Part shown: positions 25,927 to 43,851 of the stretch, in pieces | How positions within the stretch are numbered: the first letter of the stretch is position 1 | Layout of the letters: every line of letters begins with the position of its first letter | Assembly (NCBI GenBank): GCA_041666865.1 | Contig: JBAYGD010000006.1 | Location: forward strand, 20,390-84,389 | DNA from: Candidatus Omnitrophota bacterium | GTDB lineage: Bacteria; Omnitrophota; Omnitrophia; Omnitrophales; Aquincolibacteriaceae | Direction: 5' to 3' | Length of the DNA: 64,000 nucleotides | Notes under the pieces: model-generated | What the model was told of the DNA's origin: nothing | Databases searched by the model: none | What the model saw: only the letters and a program-made list of their open reading frames with translations | Made by a program: the position numbers and the translations under genes

Positions 25927-26150
25927 TTTTGGGATAAGTCAGTCAGCTAGAAGTGGCTCGTATTCAAGTCCTGCTAGGTTTCCTTTCAGGATGGCCCTGA
26001 TGGCGAACTCATCCGGTTGTGGGGCGTTTATTTCGCCAATAAGAAGTCCCGCGACCAAACAGTAAGTCAACCACTGGTTAGCAGTGCGAGTACCGGTAGA
26101 GGATTTTGCGCCTCCGGTGTCCCTGCATTTGCTAGGGTTAAACGGGATGG

Positions 26151-26225
26151 AGGCCTGTAGCTCGAACTGGCTAGAGCGGCGGTCTCCAAAACCGCATGTT
26201 GCAGGTTCGAATCCTGCCAGGCCTG
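26151..26225 (+). tRNA. tRNA-Trp (anticodon CCA)
   Basis: 75-nt cloverleaf. Acceptor AGGCCTG/CAGGCCT. Anticodon loop CTCCAAA. T-loop TTCGAAT. Confidence 0.85.
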
Positions 26226-26303
26226 TTCTTATAAGTAAGAACGTGTGTTTCGGGCATAAAAAATTTATGTCGCGAGAAAGTTTGAGAGGTTGATTAAAAG
26301 ATC

Positions 26304-26489
26304 ATGTTCGAAAAGACGGGCGGTTTTTTCAGAGAGACGAAGCAGGAGCTGAACAAGGTCACGTGGCCGAGCCGCAATGAGCTCTGGCAGGCGACGGTGG
26401 TCGTGATTTTTGCCACACTGATGATGGCGGCATTCATAGCCCTGGTCGATTTTACGATTTCGACGATCGTCCGGGTGTTGCTGAGGTGA
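26304..26489 (+). CDS. secE: Preprotein translocase subunit SecE
   Basis: 61 aa with a single C-terminal TM. Conserved position between tRNA-Trp and nusG. Confidence 0.85.
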   Translation: MFEKTGGFFRETKQELNKVTWPSRNELWQATVVVIFATLMMAAFIALVDFTISTIVRVLLR

Positions 26490-27025
26490 TTATGACGACG
26501 GCGAAATGGTACGTGCTTCATACGCAGACGGGGGTGGAGGCCAAGGTCAAGGCAAGCCTTGAGAGCCGTGCCCAACTCGAGGGGCTCAAGCACATGATCC
26601 ACGAGGTGCTGATTCCCACCGAGAAGGTGAGCGAGGTTCGTTCCGGTAAGAAAAGGATCTCCGAGAGGAAGTTTTTCCCCGGATACATCCTGGTGCAGAT
26701 GGAGCTGACTGACGACACCTGGTACCTCGTGAAGAATACGCCCGGGATATCCGGTTTCATCGGGTCGGGGAAGACCCCGATCCCGCTTCCGGATGCGGAA
26801 GTCGATAAAATCGTAAGGCAGCAGGAAGAAAAGACCTCCAAGCCGAAACCGAAGGTGGAGTTCAGCGTGGGGGAGAACATCCGCGTGAAAGAAGGGTCGT
26901 TTGCCAACTTCAACGGGGTGATCGAAGAGATCAACCCGAACCGCGGCAAGCTCAAGGTGATGGTGACCATTTTCGGACGCCAGACGCCGGTCGAGCTCGA
27001 ATACTGGCAGGTAGAAAAAATTTAA
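26486..27025 (+). CDS. nusG: Transcription antiterminator NusG
   Basis: NGN domain (KWYVLHTQTG) and KOW motif. ATGA overlap with secE. Confidence 0.93.
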   Translation: MIMTTAKWYVLHTQTGVEAKVKASLESRAQLEGLKHMIHEVLIPTEKVSEVRSGKKRISERKFFPGYILVQMELTDDTWYLVKNTPGISGFIGSGKTPIPLPDAEVDKIVRQQEEKTSKPKPKVEFSVGENIRVKEGSFANFNGVIEEINPNRGKLKVMVTIFGRQTPVELEYWQVEKI

Positions 27026-27046
27026 CAAAGCGGGATACGGGACAAC

Positions 27047-27478
27047 ATGGCAAAAGAACTGGTAACGAAAATCAAGCTGCAGGTCCCCGGCGGGCAGGCC
27101 AATCCGGCGCCTCCCATCGGACCGGCGCTCGGCCAGCACGGCTTGAACATCATGGAATTCTGCAAGCAGTTCAATGAGCGCACGAAAGAGCGGCCGGGGA
27201 CGGTGCTTCCGGTCGTGATCTCGGTTTTCAAGGACAAGTCCTTTACGTTTATCTTGAAGTCGCCGCCGGTGGCGATCGCCATCAAAAAAGCGGCAGGTCT
27301 GGCCAAGGCGTCGCCCGAGCCTGGCCGCAATATTATCGGGAAAATTTCACGAGCGGACGTGGCGGAAATTGCCCGTACGAAAATGACGGATTTAAACACC
27401 ACAAAAATCGATAGTGCGATCCGGCTGGTTGAGGGCACCGCCCGCAGCATGGGGATCGAAGTCGTCGATAGCAAATGA
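27047..27478 (+). CDS. rplK: 50S ribosomal protein L11
   Basis: [11 protein letters not shown] motif. Confidence 0.96.
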   Translation: MAKELVTKIKLQVPGGQANPAPPIGPALGQHGLNIMEFCKQFNERTKERPGTVLPVVISVFKDKSFTFILKSPPVAIAIKKAAGLAKASPEPGRNIIGKISRADVAEIARTKMTDLNTTKIDSAIRLVEGTARSMGIEVVDSK

Positions 27479-27496
27479 GCCCAAAGGTTTGAAGAC

Positions 27497-28183
27497 ATGG
27501 CAAAACGAAGCAAACGGTGTACGGAACGCTTGAAGCTGGTCGACCGGGAGAAGAAGTACCCTCTCGATCAGGCGATCAAGATTTTGAAGCAGGTCGAGAA
27601 AACGAAGTTCGACGAAACGGTCGCGCTCAGTTTTCAGCTCGGCATCAAAACCGCGGCCAATGAGATGGTCCGCGGGACGGTCAGCTTGCCCCACGGGACG
27701 GGCTCGACGGTCAAGGTGCTTTGCTTTTGCAAGGGCGAATCCGCCCGCGAGGCCGAAACGGCCGGAGCCGACGTGATCGGCGCTGAAGAGCTCGTCAAGA
27801 AGGTTCAGGACGGGTGGCTTGAGTTCGACGTTGTGGTGGCCCATCCGGACATGATGCGCGAGGTCAGCAAGCTCGGCAAAGTGCTGGGGCCGCGCAAGCT
27901 GATGCCGTCTCCGAAGACGGGAACCGTCACGCCGCATGTCGGAAGAGCGGTGAGCGAGCTCAAGGCCGGCAGGATCGAATTCAAAAGCGATAAGACGGGG
28001 GGGCTGCACGCTCCCTGCGGAAAACTTTCGTTTGACGAAAAAAAGTTGCTCGAAAACGCCCAGGTGATCATCCGCGCGGTCAAAGAAGCGAAACCGATCG
28101 GAAGCAAGGGCGATTATCTCAAAAGTGCCGCCGTGACGGCTACGCAGGGACCGGGGATCCGGCTTGCGGTCGCAACGCTGTAA
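27497..28183 (+). CDS. rplA: 50S ribosomal protein L1
   Basis: Family-typical sequence. Position after rplK. Confidence 0.96.
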   Translation: MAKRSKRCTERLKLVDREKKYPLDQAIKILKQVEKTKFDETVALSFQLGIKTAANEMVRGTVSLPHGTGSTVKVLCFCKGESAREAETAGADVIGAEELVKKVQDGWLEFDVVVAHPDMMREVSKLGKVLGPRKLMPSPKTGTVTPHVGRAVSELKAGRIEFKSDKTGGLHAPCGKLSFDEKKLLENAQVIIRAVKEAKPIGSKGDYLKSAAVTATQGPGIRLAVATL

Positions 28184-28201
28184 CGGGATCAGGAAAAACT
28201 T

Positions 28202-28735
28202 ATGCCGACGATAGCCAAAGAATTGATCATTCAGGAAATTGCAAAGGAGTTCGAAAAGAACCCCTATGCTTTCATATCGACTTTCGAGTCGATGCCCGTC
28301 GCGGACATGTCGGAGTTCCGGCGGACGATGGAAAAATGTTCGACCCGCTCGCTTTTAGTCAAACACAGCTTTGTCAAAAAGGTTTTCGCCCAGAGGTCGC
28401 TTGGCGATGCGGAGAGGTTCCTGAAAGGCCAGGTCCTGGTGACGTTTGCGGCCAAGGATCCGCAGGTCGCTTCGAAGGCGCTGGTCGCTTTTGCAAAAAG
28501 TAACAAGAAGGTGGTCCCTGCCGGGCTGGTGTTCGAGGGCAAGGTGTACGGAGAGGAATTTATCAAGGCTCTCTCCATCATGCCGTCCCGGCACGAACTG
28601 CTGACCCAGATGGTGATCCGCATGAAGTCGCCGATCTCGGGATTCGTGATGACTTTGAACCAGGTCCTTCGTGGTTTTGTCGTCGCGCTGAATGAAATCA
28701 AAAAACAAAAAGAAGGAAAAACCGAAACGGTATAA
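28202..28735 (+). CDS. rplJ: 50S ribosomal protein L10
   Basis: Family-typical sequence. Position before rplL. Confidence 0.93.
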   Translation: MPTIAKELIIQEIAKEFEKNPYAFISTFESMPVADMSEFRRTMEKCSTRSLLVKHSFVKKVFAQRSLGDAERFLKGQVLVTFAAKDPQVASKALVAFAKSNKKVVPAGLVFEGKVYGEEFIKALSIMPSRHELLTQMVIRMKSPISGFVMTLNQVLRGFVVALNEIKKQKEGKTETV

Positions 28736-28820
28736 ATAAAACCATAGCCCGCGGCGGCCGTTCAAATCGCGTTCAATGAACGGCAAAAAAACACGCGGAT
28801 GCTCAGGAAAGGAAAATAAA

Positions 28821-29249
28821 ATGACAAGCGAACAAGCAACCATGGAATCCAAACCGGTCTCCGAGAAACTTCAGGGGGTCATCAAGACGATCGAGGAGCT
28901 GTCGGTCCTAGAACTTGCCGAGCTCGTAAAGGCCCTGGAAGAGAAGTTCGGGGTCAGCGCTGCGGCGGCGGTTGCCGTGGCGGCACCTGCAGGCGGCGGC
29001 GCGGCAGGCGGCGGCGCAGCGGCGGCGGTCGAAGAAAAGACGGCCTTTGACGTGATTCTTACCAGTGCCGGCGACAAGAAGATCCAGGTGATCAAGGAAA
29101 TCCGCACGGTCACGAGCCTCGGTCTCAAGGAAGCCAAAGACCTCGTCGAAGGCGCGCCCAAGAAAGTGAAGGAAGGCGTGACGAAGGAAGAAGCCGAGAA
29201 GATCAAGAAGCTACTTGAAGATCAGGGCGCGAAGGTCGAGATCAAGTAA
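28821..29249 (+). CDS. rplL: 50S ribosomal protein L7/L12
   Basis: Track ORF trimmed to MTSEQ... (RBS AGGAAAGGAAA). [18 protein letters not shown], an Ala/Gly hinge and a C-terminal domain. A start at 28842 is also possible. Confidence 0.9.
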   Translation: MTSEQATMESKPVSEKLQGVIKTIEELSVLELAELVKALEEKFGVSAAAAVAVAAPAGGGAAGGGAAAAVEEKTAFDVILTSAGDKKIQVIKEIRTVTSLGLKEAKDLVEGAPKKVKEGVTKEEAEKIKKLLEDQGAKVEIK

Positions 29250-29286
29250 TAAAATCCACTGTACGGAACCTGGGGGCAGAATCCTT

Positions 29287-33080
<3,794 letters not shown>

Positions 33081-33084
<4 letters not shown>

Positions 33085-36000
33085 CTTACGACGTCAATAC
33101 CTTTGATTCGGTCACGATCCAAATCGCATCGCCCGAGGTGATCCGGAAATGGTCGCACGGCGAGGTCAAGAAGCCCGAGACCATCAACTACCGGACGCTC
33201 AAACCGGAAAAGGACGGCCTTTTCTGCGAGCGGATTTTCGGGCCGACCCGCGATTGGGAATGTAACTGCGGCAAGTACAAGCGCATTAAGCACAAGGGGA
33301 TCGTCTGCGACCGCTGCGGCGTCGAGGTGACTCAGTCGAAGGTGCGCCGCGAGCGCATGGGGCACATCGAACTCGTGACGCCCGTCTCGCACATCTGGTT
33401 TTTTAAGACGATGCCTTCGAGGATCGGGAACCTGCTCGACCTGAGCGCGCGTTCGCTCGAGAAAGTTCTTTATTACGAAGAGTACATCGTCATTGACCCG
33501 AAGGAGACGCCGCTCAAGGCGCGCCAGCTCCTGACGGAAGAGGAATACAACAAGGCCCAGGAGCAGTACGGGGCGACGAATTTTATAGCCAAGATGGGCG
33601 CCGAAGCCGTCCGGGACCTCTTGCACGCGATCGAGCTCGACAAGCTTGTTTCTAAATATTCCCGCCAGGTCAAGGCCTCGAAGTCCAAGCAGGCCCGCGC
33701 TCGCGCGATCAAGATTCTGAAGATCGTCGACGCCTTCAAGAAGTCCGGAAATAACCCGGAGTGGATGATCCTCGAGGTCATCCCGGTGATTCCGCCCGAC
33801 CTGAGGCCACTCGTGGCCCTCGACGGCGGACGCTTTGCGACGAGCGATCTGAACGACTTGTACCGGCGCGTCATCAACCGCAACAACCGCCTGCGCAAGC
33901 TGCTCGAACTCAAGGCCCCCGACGTGATTATCCGCAACGAGAAGCGCATGCTGCAAGAAGCGGTCGACGCGCTTTTCGACAACGGCCGCCACGGCCGTCC
34001 GGTGCTCGGAGCCGGGAACCGTCCGCTCAAGTCCTTGAGCGACATGCTCAAGGGCAAACAGGGCCGTTTCCGCCAGAACCTTCTGGGCAAGCGCGTGGAT
34101 TATTCCGGCCGCTCTGTCATCGTCATCGGCCCTGAGCTGAAGCTCCACCAGTGCGGTCTTCCGAAGAAGATGGCTCTGGAGCTTTTCGAACCGTTTATTA
34201 TCCGCAAGCTCAAAGAGCGCGGGCACGTGCACACGATCCGTTCCGCCAAGAAAATGGTTGAACGCGTCAAGCCGGAAGTCTGGGACATTCTCGAAGAAGT
34301 CATTCGCGAGCATCCGGTGCTTCTCAACCGCGCTCCGACGCTGCACCGCCTCGGCATCCAGGCTTTTGAGCCGGTGCTGATCGAAGGCAAAGCGATCCGA
34401 ATCCACCCGCTGGTCTGTACGGCATTCAACGCCGACTTCGACGGGGACCAGATGGCGGTCCACGTTCCTCTTTCGATGGAAGCCCAGATGGAAGCGCGGC
34501 TGATCATGCTTTCGGCCAACAACATTTTTTCGCCCGCCAGCGGCCAACCGATTACGTCGCCGACGCAGGATATCGTACTGGGCGTTTACTACCTGACGAA
34601 GATCCGCGATGGCGCCAAGGGGCAGGGCCTGATTTTCTACGGCCCGGAGGAAGCGATCCTTGCCCACCAGGACGGAGAGATCCATAAGCACGCGCGCTGC
34701 AAGCTTCGCCTGGAATCCGGTGAGCTCGTGGAGACGACGGTCGGCCGGATCATTTTCAATGAGACCCTGCCGAAGGGGTTCCGCTACGTGAACGACTCGA
34801 TTTCCAAGGCCCGTCTTTCGAAGATTATCGCGGAAGTCTTCCGCAAGTTCGGCCATACGGTGACGATCCAGCTTCTGGACCGGCTCAAAAACCTTGGATT
34901 CGAAGAGGCCACGCTCGCCGGCGTTTCGATCGGGATCGACGACATTCAAATCCCAGCGAACAAGGGCAAGCTCCTCGACGAGGCCAAGAACAGCGTTAAG
35001 GCCATCGAAGCGCAATACAAAAACGGTCTGATCACCGAAGGCGAGCGCTACAACAAGGTGATCGACATCTGGACGCATATCACGGACCGCGTTTCCGATA
35101 GCATGTTTGAATCACTCGAGTCCTTCAATCCGGTCTTCATGATGGCTGATTCCGGCGCCCGCGGTTCGAAACAGCAGATCCGTCAGCTGGCCGGCATGCG
35201 CGGTCTGATGGCCAAGCCGTCGGGAGAAATCATCGAGAGCCCGATCACTTCGAACTTCCGCGAAGGCCTGACCGTGCTCGAGTATTTCATTTCGACGCAC
35301 GGAGCCCGCAAGGGGTTGGCCGATACGGCCTTGAAGACGGCTGACTCCGGATACCTGACGCGTCGGCTTGTCGACGTGGCCCAGGACGTCATTGTTTATG
35401 AAGAGGACTGCGGGACCCTGAACGGAGTTTTCATCGAGCCCATGTACGAGGGCGAGGACATGATCGTGTCCTTGAAAGACAGGATCCTCGGCCGCGTCGC
35501 TCTCGACAACGTTGTCGACATCGTGACCGACCAGAAGATCGTGCAGTCCGGCGAAGTCATCGAAGAGGCCACGGCCGACCGGCTCGAAGAGATCGGGATC
35601 GAAAAAATCCGTGTCCGCTCGGTTTTGACCTGCGAGGCAAAACGCGGGATTTGCGCCAAGTGCTACGGGCGCGATCTGGCCACGCGCCGCCTGGTGGAAC
35701 TCGGGTGCGCCGTTGGAATCATCGCGGCCCAATCCATCGGAGAGCCGGGCACGCAGCTGACGATGAGGACGTTCCACATCGGCGGAACCGCCTCCCGCGT
35801 CGTCGAGCAGTCGTATTTCCGCTCAAAAAACGAAGGGCAACTGAAGTACCACAGCCTCAAGACCGTTGTCACGAAAAACGGCGAAATCATTGTGCTGAAC
35901 CGCAACGGCCAGCTGTCAGTTCACGATCCGTCGGGCCGGGAACTCGAACGCTATACGATACCGTCGGGGGCGATTATCAGCTACAAAGAAAACGAAAAAG

Positions 36001-37124
36001 TCGCCAAAGACGAAATCTTCGTCAAGTGGGACCCCTATACGGTTCCGATCCTTACCGAAATGTCCGGGAAAGTGCAGTTTGAAGACGTCGTTGCCGGCGT
36101 TTCGATGAACGAGGAGCTTGACGGGACGACGGGGATGACTGAACGCGTCATCATCGAGCACAAAGAGGACCTGCATCCCCAGATCTTGATTGTCGGAGCC
36201 AACGAAGAAATCCTCGCGTTCTATCCCATTCCGACGGCGGCCCATATCGTGGTCAAGGAGGGTCAGGACATTTCGAGCGGTACGCTTCTGGCCAAGACGC
36301 CGCGCAAAATCGCCAAGACGCGCGACATCACGGGCGGACTTCCGCGCGTGGCGGAGCTCTTCGAGGCGCGCAAGCCGAAGAATCCGGCCATCATCTCCGA
36401 GATTGACGGCGTGGTCGAAATCGGCGATATCGTCAAGGGCCTTCGCAAGATTATCGTGCGCAGCACAACCGGTATGACCAAAGAGTATGGGGTCCCGCAC
36501 GGCAAGCATCTGAACGTGTACACGGGCGATCGCGTGCTGGCCGGCGAGCAGCTCATCGACGGGCCTGTCGTTCCCCAAGACATTTTGCGTGTTTCCGGAG
36601 AGCGCAGCCTCCAGGAGTATCTCGTCAACGAAGTGCAGGAGGTCTACCGTCTGCAGGGCGTGCGATTGAACGACAAGCACGTCGAGGTGATCGTCAGGCA
36701 GATGCTCCGCAAGATCCGAATCGAAGAGTCCGGCGACACCGAATTTCTGGTCGGCTCCCACATTGATAAGGGACGGTTTGCCGACGAAAACGATAAAATG
36801 ATCAAAAAAGGTAAAGAGCCTGCGAAGGCGACGCCGATTTTGCTCGGCATCACCAAGGCCTCTCTGACGACCGAAAGCTTTATCTCGGCCGCGAGCTTTC
36901 AGGAGACGACCCGCGTGCTGACTGAGGCGGCCTCTGCGAGCAAGCGAGACAATCTGCAGGGTCTCAAGGAAAACGTCATCATGGGGCATCTGATCCCGGC
37001 GGGAACGGGTTATCTGGGGCACCATGATTTCCAGCTCGTCAAGGAACTCGGCGATCTTCTGCCCGATCCGACGGCCGCTAAGGCAGTCGGCGAAACCGCA
37101 GGCGCCGCACAGGAGAAAAAATAA
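33081..37124 (+). CDS. rpoC: DNA-directed RNA polymerase subunit beta'
   Basis: Zinc-binding CNCGKYKR...[17 protein letters not shown] catalytic motif. ATGA overlap with rpoB. Confidence 0.97.
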
Positions 37125-37501
37125 TGTCCCCGACGATTAATCAGTTGATTGCCTGCGGAAGGAAAAAGTTCAAAAACAAAACGAAATCGCCGTCCCTGCA
37201 CGGAGCCTCGTTCCGACGGGGGGTTTGTTTGATCGTGCGTACGCAGACGCCCAAGAAGCCGAATTCGGCACTGCGTAAAATCGCCCGCGTTCGTCTCTCG
37301 AACGGTGAAGAAATTACGGCGTATATCCCGGGCGTCGGCCACAATTTGCAGGAGCACTCGATCGTGCTAGTGCGCGGGGGCCGCGTGAAAGACCTGCCGG
37401 GCGTTCGTTATCACATTGTTCGCGGAAAGCTCGACGCGACCGGGGTCGCCGACCGCCGGAAATCGCGATCCAAATACGGCGCAAAAACGCCGAAAAAATA
37501 A
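37124..37501 (+). CDS. rpsL: 30S ribosomal protein S12
   Basis: [10 protein letters not shown] motif. TAATG overlap with the rpoC stop. Confidence 0.96.
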   Translation: MSPTINQLIACGRKKFKNKTKSPSLHGASFRRGVCLIVRTQTPKKPNSALRKIARVRLSNGEEITAYIPGVGHNLQEHSIVLVRGGRVKDLPGVRYHIVRGKLDATGVADRRKSRSKYGAKTPKK

Positions 37502-37549
37502 AGCTGTGGGGCTCATGAAGAATCAACCCCGCAAACAAGGAAGATCCCA

Positions 37550-38017
37550 ATGAGAAGAAGACGTGCGAAGAAAAGAGAAGTCGTTCCGGACCCCAAATAC
37601 GGGGATTTGCTTGTCTCCAAGCTGGTCAACATCGTGCTGAAGCAGGGGAAAAAGCCGACGGCGGAGGGAATCGTGTACGGGGCCTTCGAAGTCGTGAAGG
37701 AAAAGACCGGAAAGAATCCACTTGAAGTTTTCAAGCAGTCCGTAGAGAATGTACGACCTCTTCTGGAGACGAAGTCCCGCCGAGTGGGGGGTGCCACCTA
37801 TCAGGTTCCTGTCAGCGTCAGGCCCGACCGGTCGAATGGACTGGCGCTGCGGTGGATGCGCAATTACGCCCTCGACCGCAAGGGCAAGCCGATGGCCGTG
37901 AAGCTCGCGGAAGAAATTTTGGACGCTTACAACAAGACGGGAAGTTCATTCAAGAAGCGGGAAGATACGCACAAGATGGCCGAGTCCAACCGGGCTTTTG
38001 CGCACTACCGCTGGTAA
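37550..38017 (+). CDS. rpsG: 30S ribosomal protein S7
   Basis: Family-typical sequence. Confidence 0.96.
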   Translation: MRRRRAKKREVVPDPKYGDLLVSKLVNIVLKQGKKPTAEGIVYGAFEVVKEKTGKNPLEVFKQSVENVRPLLETKSRRVGGATYQVPVSVRPDRSNGLALRWMRNYALDRKGKPMAVKLAEEILDAYNKTGSSFKKREDTHKMAESNRAFAHYRW

Positions 38018-38049
38018 ACATAAAAGTTTAGAATTCGAGGACGGTTCCG

Positions 38050-40155
<2,106 letters not shown>

Positions 40156-40174
40156 GGGAGTTTCGACCCAATTT

Positions 40175-40489
40175 ATGTCATCCAACAAGGAAAAAATCAG
40201 AATCAAGCTTAAGGCGTACGATCACCGGGTGCTCGACCAGTCCGTGCACGAGATCGTGGGAACGGCCAAGCGAACCGGTGCCAAAGTGGTGGGCCCGATT
40301 CCTCTTCCAACCCAGATCTGGAAGACGACGGTCCTGCGTGGGCCGACTATTGATAAGAAAGCCCGGGACCAGTTCGAGATCCGGACGCACAAGCGTATGA
40401 TCGAGATCGATGAGCCGACCTCGCGCACAGTGGACGCCTTGATGAAGCTGGATCTTCCGGCCGGCGTTGACGTAGAAATCAAGCTCTAA
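40175..40489 (+). CDS. rpsJ: 30S ribosomal protein S10
   Basis: Track ORF trimmed to [17 protein letters not shown] (104 aa). Confidence 0.93.
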   Translation: MSSNKEKIRIKLKAYDHRVLDQSVHEIVGTAKRTGAKVVGPIPLPTQIWKTTVLRGPTIDKKARDQFEIRTHKRMIEIDEPTSRTVDALMKLDLPAGVDVEIKL

Positions 40490-40504
40490 GGAACGGACAT
40501 AGTC

Positions 40505-41224
40505 ATGATAGGCATACTCGCAAAAAAAATCGGAATGACACAGCTCTTCGACGAAGACGGGCGCCAGGTGCCGGTGACGGTGCTGGAGGCAGGGCCTTGC
40601 TATGTGACGGAGGTTCGCTCCAAAGAGAAGCACGGCTATAGCGCGGTCCAGCTGGGCTTCGGCCAAGCGAAGGAAAAGCGGCTGAGCCGGGCGCAGCTCG
40701 GACACCTCAAGAAATCGCACAGCCCGGCGCTCAAGTTTGTCCGCGAGATCCGGACCGAAGATACCGAGGGTCTACGGGTCGGCGCGAAAGTGGCGGTCGA
40801 TAATTTCGAGAACGGAGATTTTGTCGACGTAGAAGGCGTTTCCATCGGCAAAGGCTTTCAGGGGGCGGTCAAGCGTCACGGGTTCCGCGGCGCGGCATCG
40901 TTTAGCCACGGCGACATGCAGCACCGAAAAGTCGGATCCATCGGTTCGAAGGCCGGCGGCGTGGGCTGCCGGAAGAAAGTCCGTAAGGGCAAGCGTCTCC
41001 CAGGCCATATGGGCGACGAGCGCATTACGACGCAAAACCTGAAAGTGATCAAGGTGGATGCCGAAAATCATCTCCTTGCGGTGCGCGGGTCGGTGCCCGG
41101 CGCCGAGAACGGCTATGTGGTGGTTCGTCAGGCCATGAAGCGCGGAACCGTGCGCAAATGGAAAGTGCTGGAGGCGGAATCATCGAAGGCAGAGGCTGCG
41201 AAGCCGGAAGGCAGTGCATCTTAA
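40505..41224 (+). CDS. rplC: 50S ribosomal protein L3
   Basis: Family-typical sequence. Confidence 0.95.
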   Translation: MIGILAKKIGMTQLFDEDGRQVPVTVLEAGPCYVTEVRSKEKHGYSAVQLGFGQAKEKRLSRAQLGHLKKSHSPALKFVREIRTEDTEGLRVGAKVAVDNFENGDFVDVEGVSIGKGFQGAVKRHGFRGAASFSHGDMQHRKVGSIGSKAGGVGCRKKVRKGKRLPGHMGDERITTQNLKVIKVDAENHLLAVRGSVPGAENGYVVVRQAMKRGTVRKWKVLEAESSKAEAAKPEGSAS

Positions 41225-41876
41225 CATGAAAGCGCCGCTTTATTCCAAAGACGGTCATAAGAAAAAAGAGATCGTGCTCAATCCCAAGATCTACGCCGCG
41301 CGGGTCAACGTGAGGCTGCTGGAGCTTGTCCGGAACGCGTATTCGGCCAACTTGAGACACGGAACCGCAGACACCAAGACCCGTAAGGAAGTCCGCGGCG
41401 GCGGGAAAAAACCCTGGAAGCAAAAGGGAACCGGCCGGGCGCGTCATGGGTCCTCGCGGTCGCCGATCTGGGTGGGCGGAGGGATTACGTTTGGCCCGCA
41501 TCCGAGAAGCTATTATGTCAATCTTTCGAAATCGATGCGACGCCAGGCGCTCATTTCGGCCTTGAGCCTCCGTGGGGCCGAAAAGAAGCTGACGGTGGTT
41601 GAAGACCTGAAGGTCGAGAACCCGAAAACCAAGGAGTGGGTACAGATTTTGAATGCCCTGCACGTCAAAGGCAAAAAGGCGCTATGCGTCGTCAAGGAAA
41701 TGGCCCCCTCACTGAAGCGGGCCTCATCGAATATGAGCCGGATGGTCACGGTCACAACGGCTCGTGACCTGAATGCATATCACGTTCTTTTGCGCGACAG
41801 GATTCTGCTCGAGGAAGAAGCCCTTCCGGTGATCGAGGCGCGAGTCCTTGAAGGAAAGGAGACCCCGGCGTCATGA
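41214..41876 (+). CDS. rplD: 50S ribosomal protein L4
   Basis: KKPWKQKGTGRAR motif. An alternative start at 41226 (MKAPLY) is possible. Confidence 0.93.
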   Translation: MHLNMKAPLYSKDGHKKKEIVLNPKIYAARVNVRLLELVRNAYSANLRHGTADTKTRKEVRGGGKKPWKQKGTGRARHGSSRSPIWVGGGITFGPHPRSYYVNLSKSMRRQALISALSLRGAEKKLTVVEDLKVENPKTKEWVQILNALHVKGKKALCVVKEMAPSLKRASSNMSRMVTVTTARDLNAYHVLLRDRILLEEEALPVIEARVLEGKETPAS

Positions 41877-42160
41877 GACAGGTTTTCTACGATTCTATTT
41901 TAGAGCCGGTGATAACGGAAAAGATTACGAAGGACTCGGCGAAACTTTCAAAATACGCGTTCCGGGTAGCTCCCGGGGCGAATAAAAAAGAGATCAAGGC
42001 GGCGATTGAGAAGATCTTCAACGTGCATGTGACGCGTGTCAATACGCTGAACGTGTCCGGGAAATGGCGCAGGGTGCGGTATGTTCCCGGAAAGACCGCT
42101 GACTGGAAAAAAGCGATCGTGACTCTTAAGAAGGGAGAAAAAATCGACATTACGTCGTAG
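41873..42160 (+). CDS. rplW: 50S ribosomal protein L23
   Basis: Family-typical sequence. ATGA overlap with rplD. Confidence 0.94.
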   Translation: MRQVFYDSILEPVITEKITKDSAKLSKYAFRVAPGANKKEIKAAIEKIFNVHVTRVNTLNVSGKWRRVRYVPGKTADWKKAIVTLKKGEKIDITS

Positions 42161-42167
42161 AAACTTT

Positions 42168-42995
42168 ATGGGACTCATCAAATTCAAACCCACGACATCG
42201 ACGCGCAGATTCGGAAGCGTCTCGGATTTTGCCGAACTGACGACGGATAAATGCTACAAACCGCTGACCCTCATCCGCAAACGGTCGGGCGGTCGTAACA
42301 ATCACGGCCACATGACCATGCGGGGGCGCGGGGGCGGCCACAAGCGTCGCATTCGTATCGTCGATTTCCGAAGGAACCGGCACGGCGTGGACGCGAAGGT
42401 GCTCACAGTCGAGTATGATCCGAACCGTAGCGCCCGCATCGCTCTCATCCAGTATGCCGATGGCCAGAAGAGTTACATCCTCTGCCCCGTAGGGCTTCAA
42501 GTCGGTGATTCCGTGATGAGCGGCGAGACGGCCGAGGTGAAGGTGGGTAACCACCTTCCCCTGAAGGTCATTCCCGAAGGAACGCCGATCCACAACATCG
42601 AATTGTACCCGGGGCTCGGGGGGAAACTCGTCAGGGCCGCCGGAGCGGTGGCGCAGATCCTGTCCAAGGAAAACGATTTTGCGCATGTGAAGCTCGGGTC
42701 CGGGGAAGTCCGGATGATTCCGCTGGCTTCCTACGCCACCATCGGGCAGTGCTCGAACGTGGACAACGAAAATATTTCGCTCGGTAAAGGCGGAAGGACC
42801 CGCTGGCTGGGATTTCGTCCAAAATCGCGTGCCATCGCGAAAAACCCGGTCGACCATCCGATGGGCGGCGGAGAAGGCAAGTCGAAGAGCGGAAAACATC
42901 CGCAGTCGGCCAACGGACAGCAGTGCAAAGGTCTCAAAACCCGCAAACCGTATAAAGCTTCCAACCGCTATATCGTGAAGGATAGAAGAAAATGA
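42168..42995 (+). CDS. rplB: 50S ribosomal protein L2
   Basis: Family-typical sequence. Confidence 0.96.
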   Translation: MGLIKFKPTTSTRRFGSVSDFAELTTDKCYKPLTLIRKRSGGRNNHGHMTMRGRGGGHKRRIRIVDFRRNRHGVDAKVLTVEYDPNRSARIALIQYADGQKSYILCPVGLQVGDSVMSGETAEVKVGNHLPLKVIPEGTPIHNIELYPGLGGKLVRAAGAVAQILSKENDFAHVKLGSGEVRMIPLASYATIGQCSNVDNENISLGKGGRTRWLGFRPKSRAIAKNPVDHPMGGGEGKSKSGKHPQSANGQQCKGLKTRKPYKASNRYIVKDRRK

Positions 42996-43291
42996 GCCGT
43001 TCTACAAAAAAAGGTGTGTATGTCGAGGACAGACTTATGATGCGCGTCAGGGTTGCGCAAGAGCGCAAGGACCGCAAGCCGATCAAGACCTGGTCGCGGC
43101 GCTCCACGATCACCCCGGAATTCGTCGGGTTGACGCTGTCAGTGCACAACGGAAGGACGTTCCACAATTTTTTCGTCTCGGAAAACATGGTGGGTCACAA
43201 GCTCGGGGAGTTCTCTCCGACGCGGACCTTCAAGGTGCACAGCGCTGCGGGCGACAAGGCCAAAGCCCTCGCCACGGCGTCGAAGACTTAA
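42992..43291 (+). CDS. rpsS: 30S ribosomal protein S19
   Basis: Family-typical sequence. Confidence 0.95.
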   Translation: MSRSTKKGVYVEDRLMMRVRVAQERKDRKPIKTWSRRSTITPEFVGLTLSVHNGRTFHNFFVSENMVGHKLGEFSPTRTFKVHSAAGDKAKALATASKT

Positions 43292-43310
43292 CGGAAGATC
43301 AGAGAGTGCC

Positions 43311-43832
43311 ATGAAAAAAGAAAAGAATCCAAAGAATCCGGTGATCGAGGCTCCTGCGGTGGTTTCCGACAAACGTGCGGTGGCCAAACTTAAACATCTG
43401 CGGATCGGCCCGCGCAAGATGAGGCTCGTGATTGACGCTGTGCGCACGAAGCCCGTGGGCCGGGCTTTTGAGATTTTGATGGTCCTGAAGAAGAAGGCCG
43501 CGCGGATGGTGGAAAAAATCATGAAAACGGCTGTTGCCAACGCGAAAGTCCTCGGAATGGATGAAAACCGCCTCGTCGTCGCCGAAATCAAGGCGGACGG
43601 CGGGCCTGTGATGAAGCGGTTTATGGCACGTTCCATGGGACGGGCCGACAGGATTCTGAAGCGCACCACGCACCTGACGCTCATCCTCAAGGAGGGCGGG
43701 AAGGCGTGGGCGGGGCCGGTGGCCGAAGAAGCCGCCAAGGCCGAGGAAGCGAAACCGGGCAAGGAAAAGAAGGCGTCAAAGGCTTCGGCCAAGGCCGGCG
43801 GTAAAAAGAAAGCCGCAGCAGCGGCGTCATAA
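43311..43832 (+). CDS. rplV: 50S ribosomal protein L22 (with N- and C-terminal extensions)
   Basis: L22 core present. Lys/Ala-rich C-terminal tail. Confidence 0.92.
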   Translation: MKKEKNPKNPVIEAPAVVSDKRAVAKLKHLRIGPRKMRLVIDAVRTKPVGRAFEILMVLKKKAARMVEKIMKTAVANAKVLGMDENRLVVAEIKADGGPVMKRFMARSMGRADRILKRTTHLTLILKEGGKAWAGPVAEEAAKAEEAKPGKEKKASKASAKAGGKKKAAAAAS

Positions 43833-43851
43833 ATATTTAAGGAGGCTTTTT

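Noticed and set aside
26084-26293. 69-aa ORF spanning tRNA-Trp
   Set aside because: It overlaps a well-folded tRNA gene, so it is spurious.
26294-27139. 281-aa minus-strand ORF antisense to secE/nusG
   Set aside because: The universally conserved secE-nusG genes occupy the + strand.
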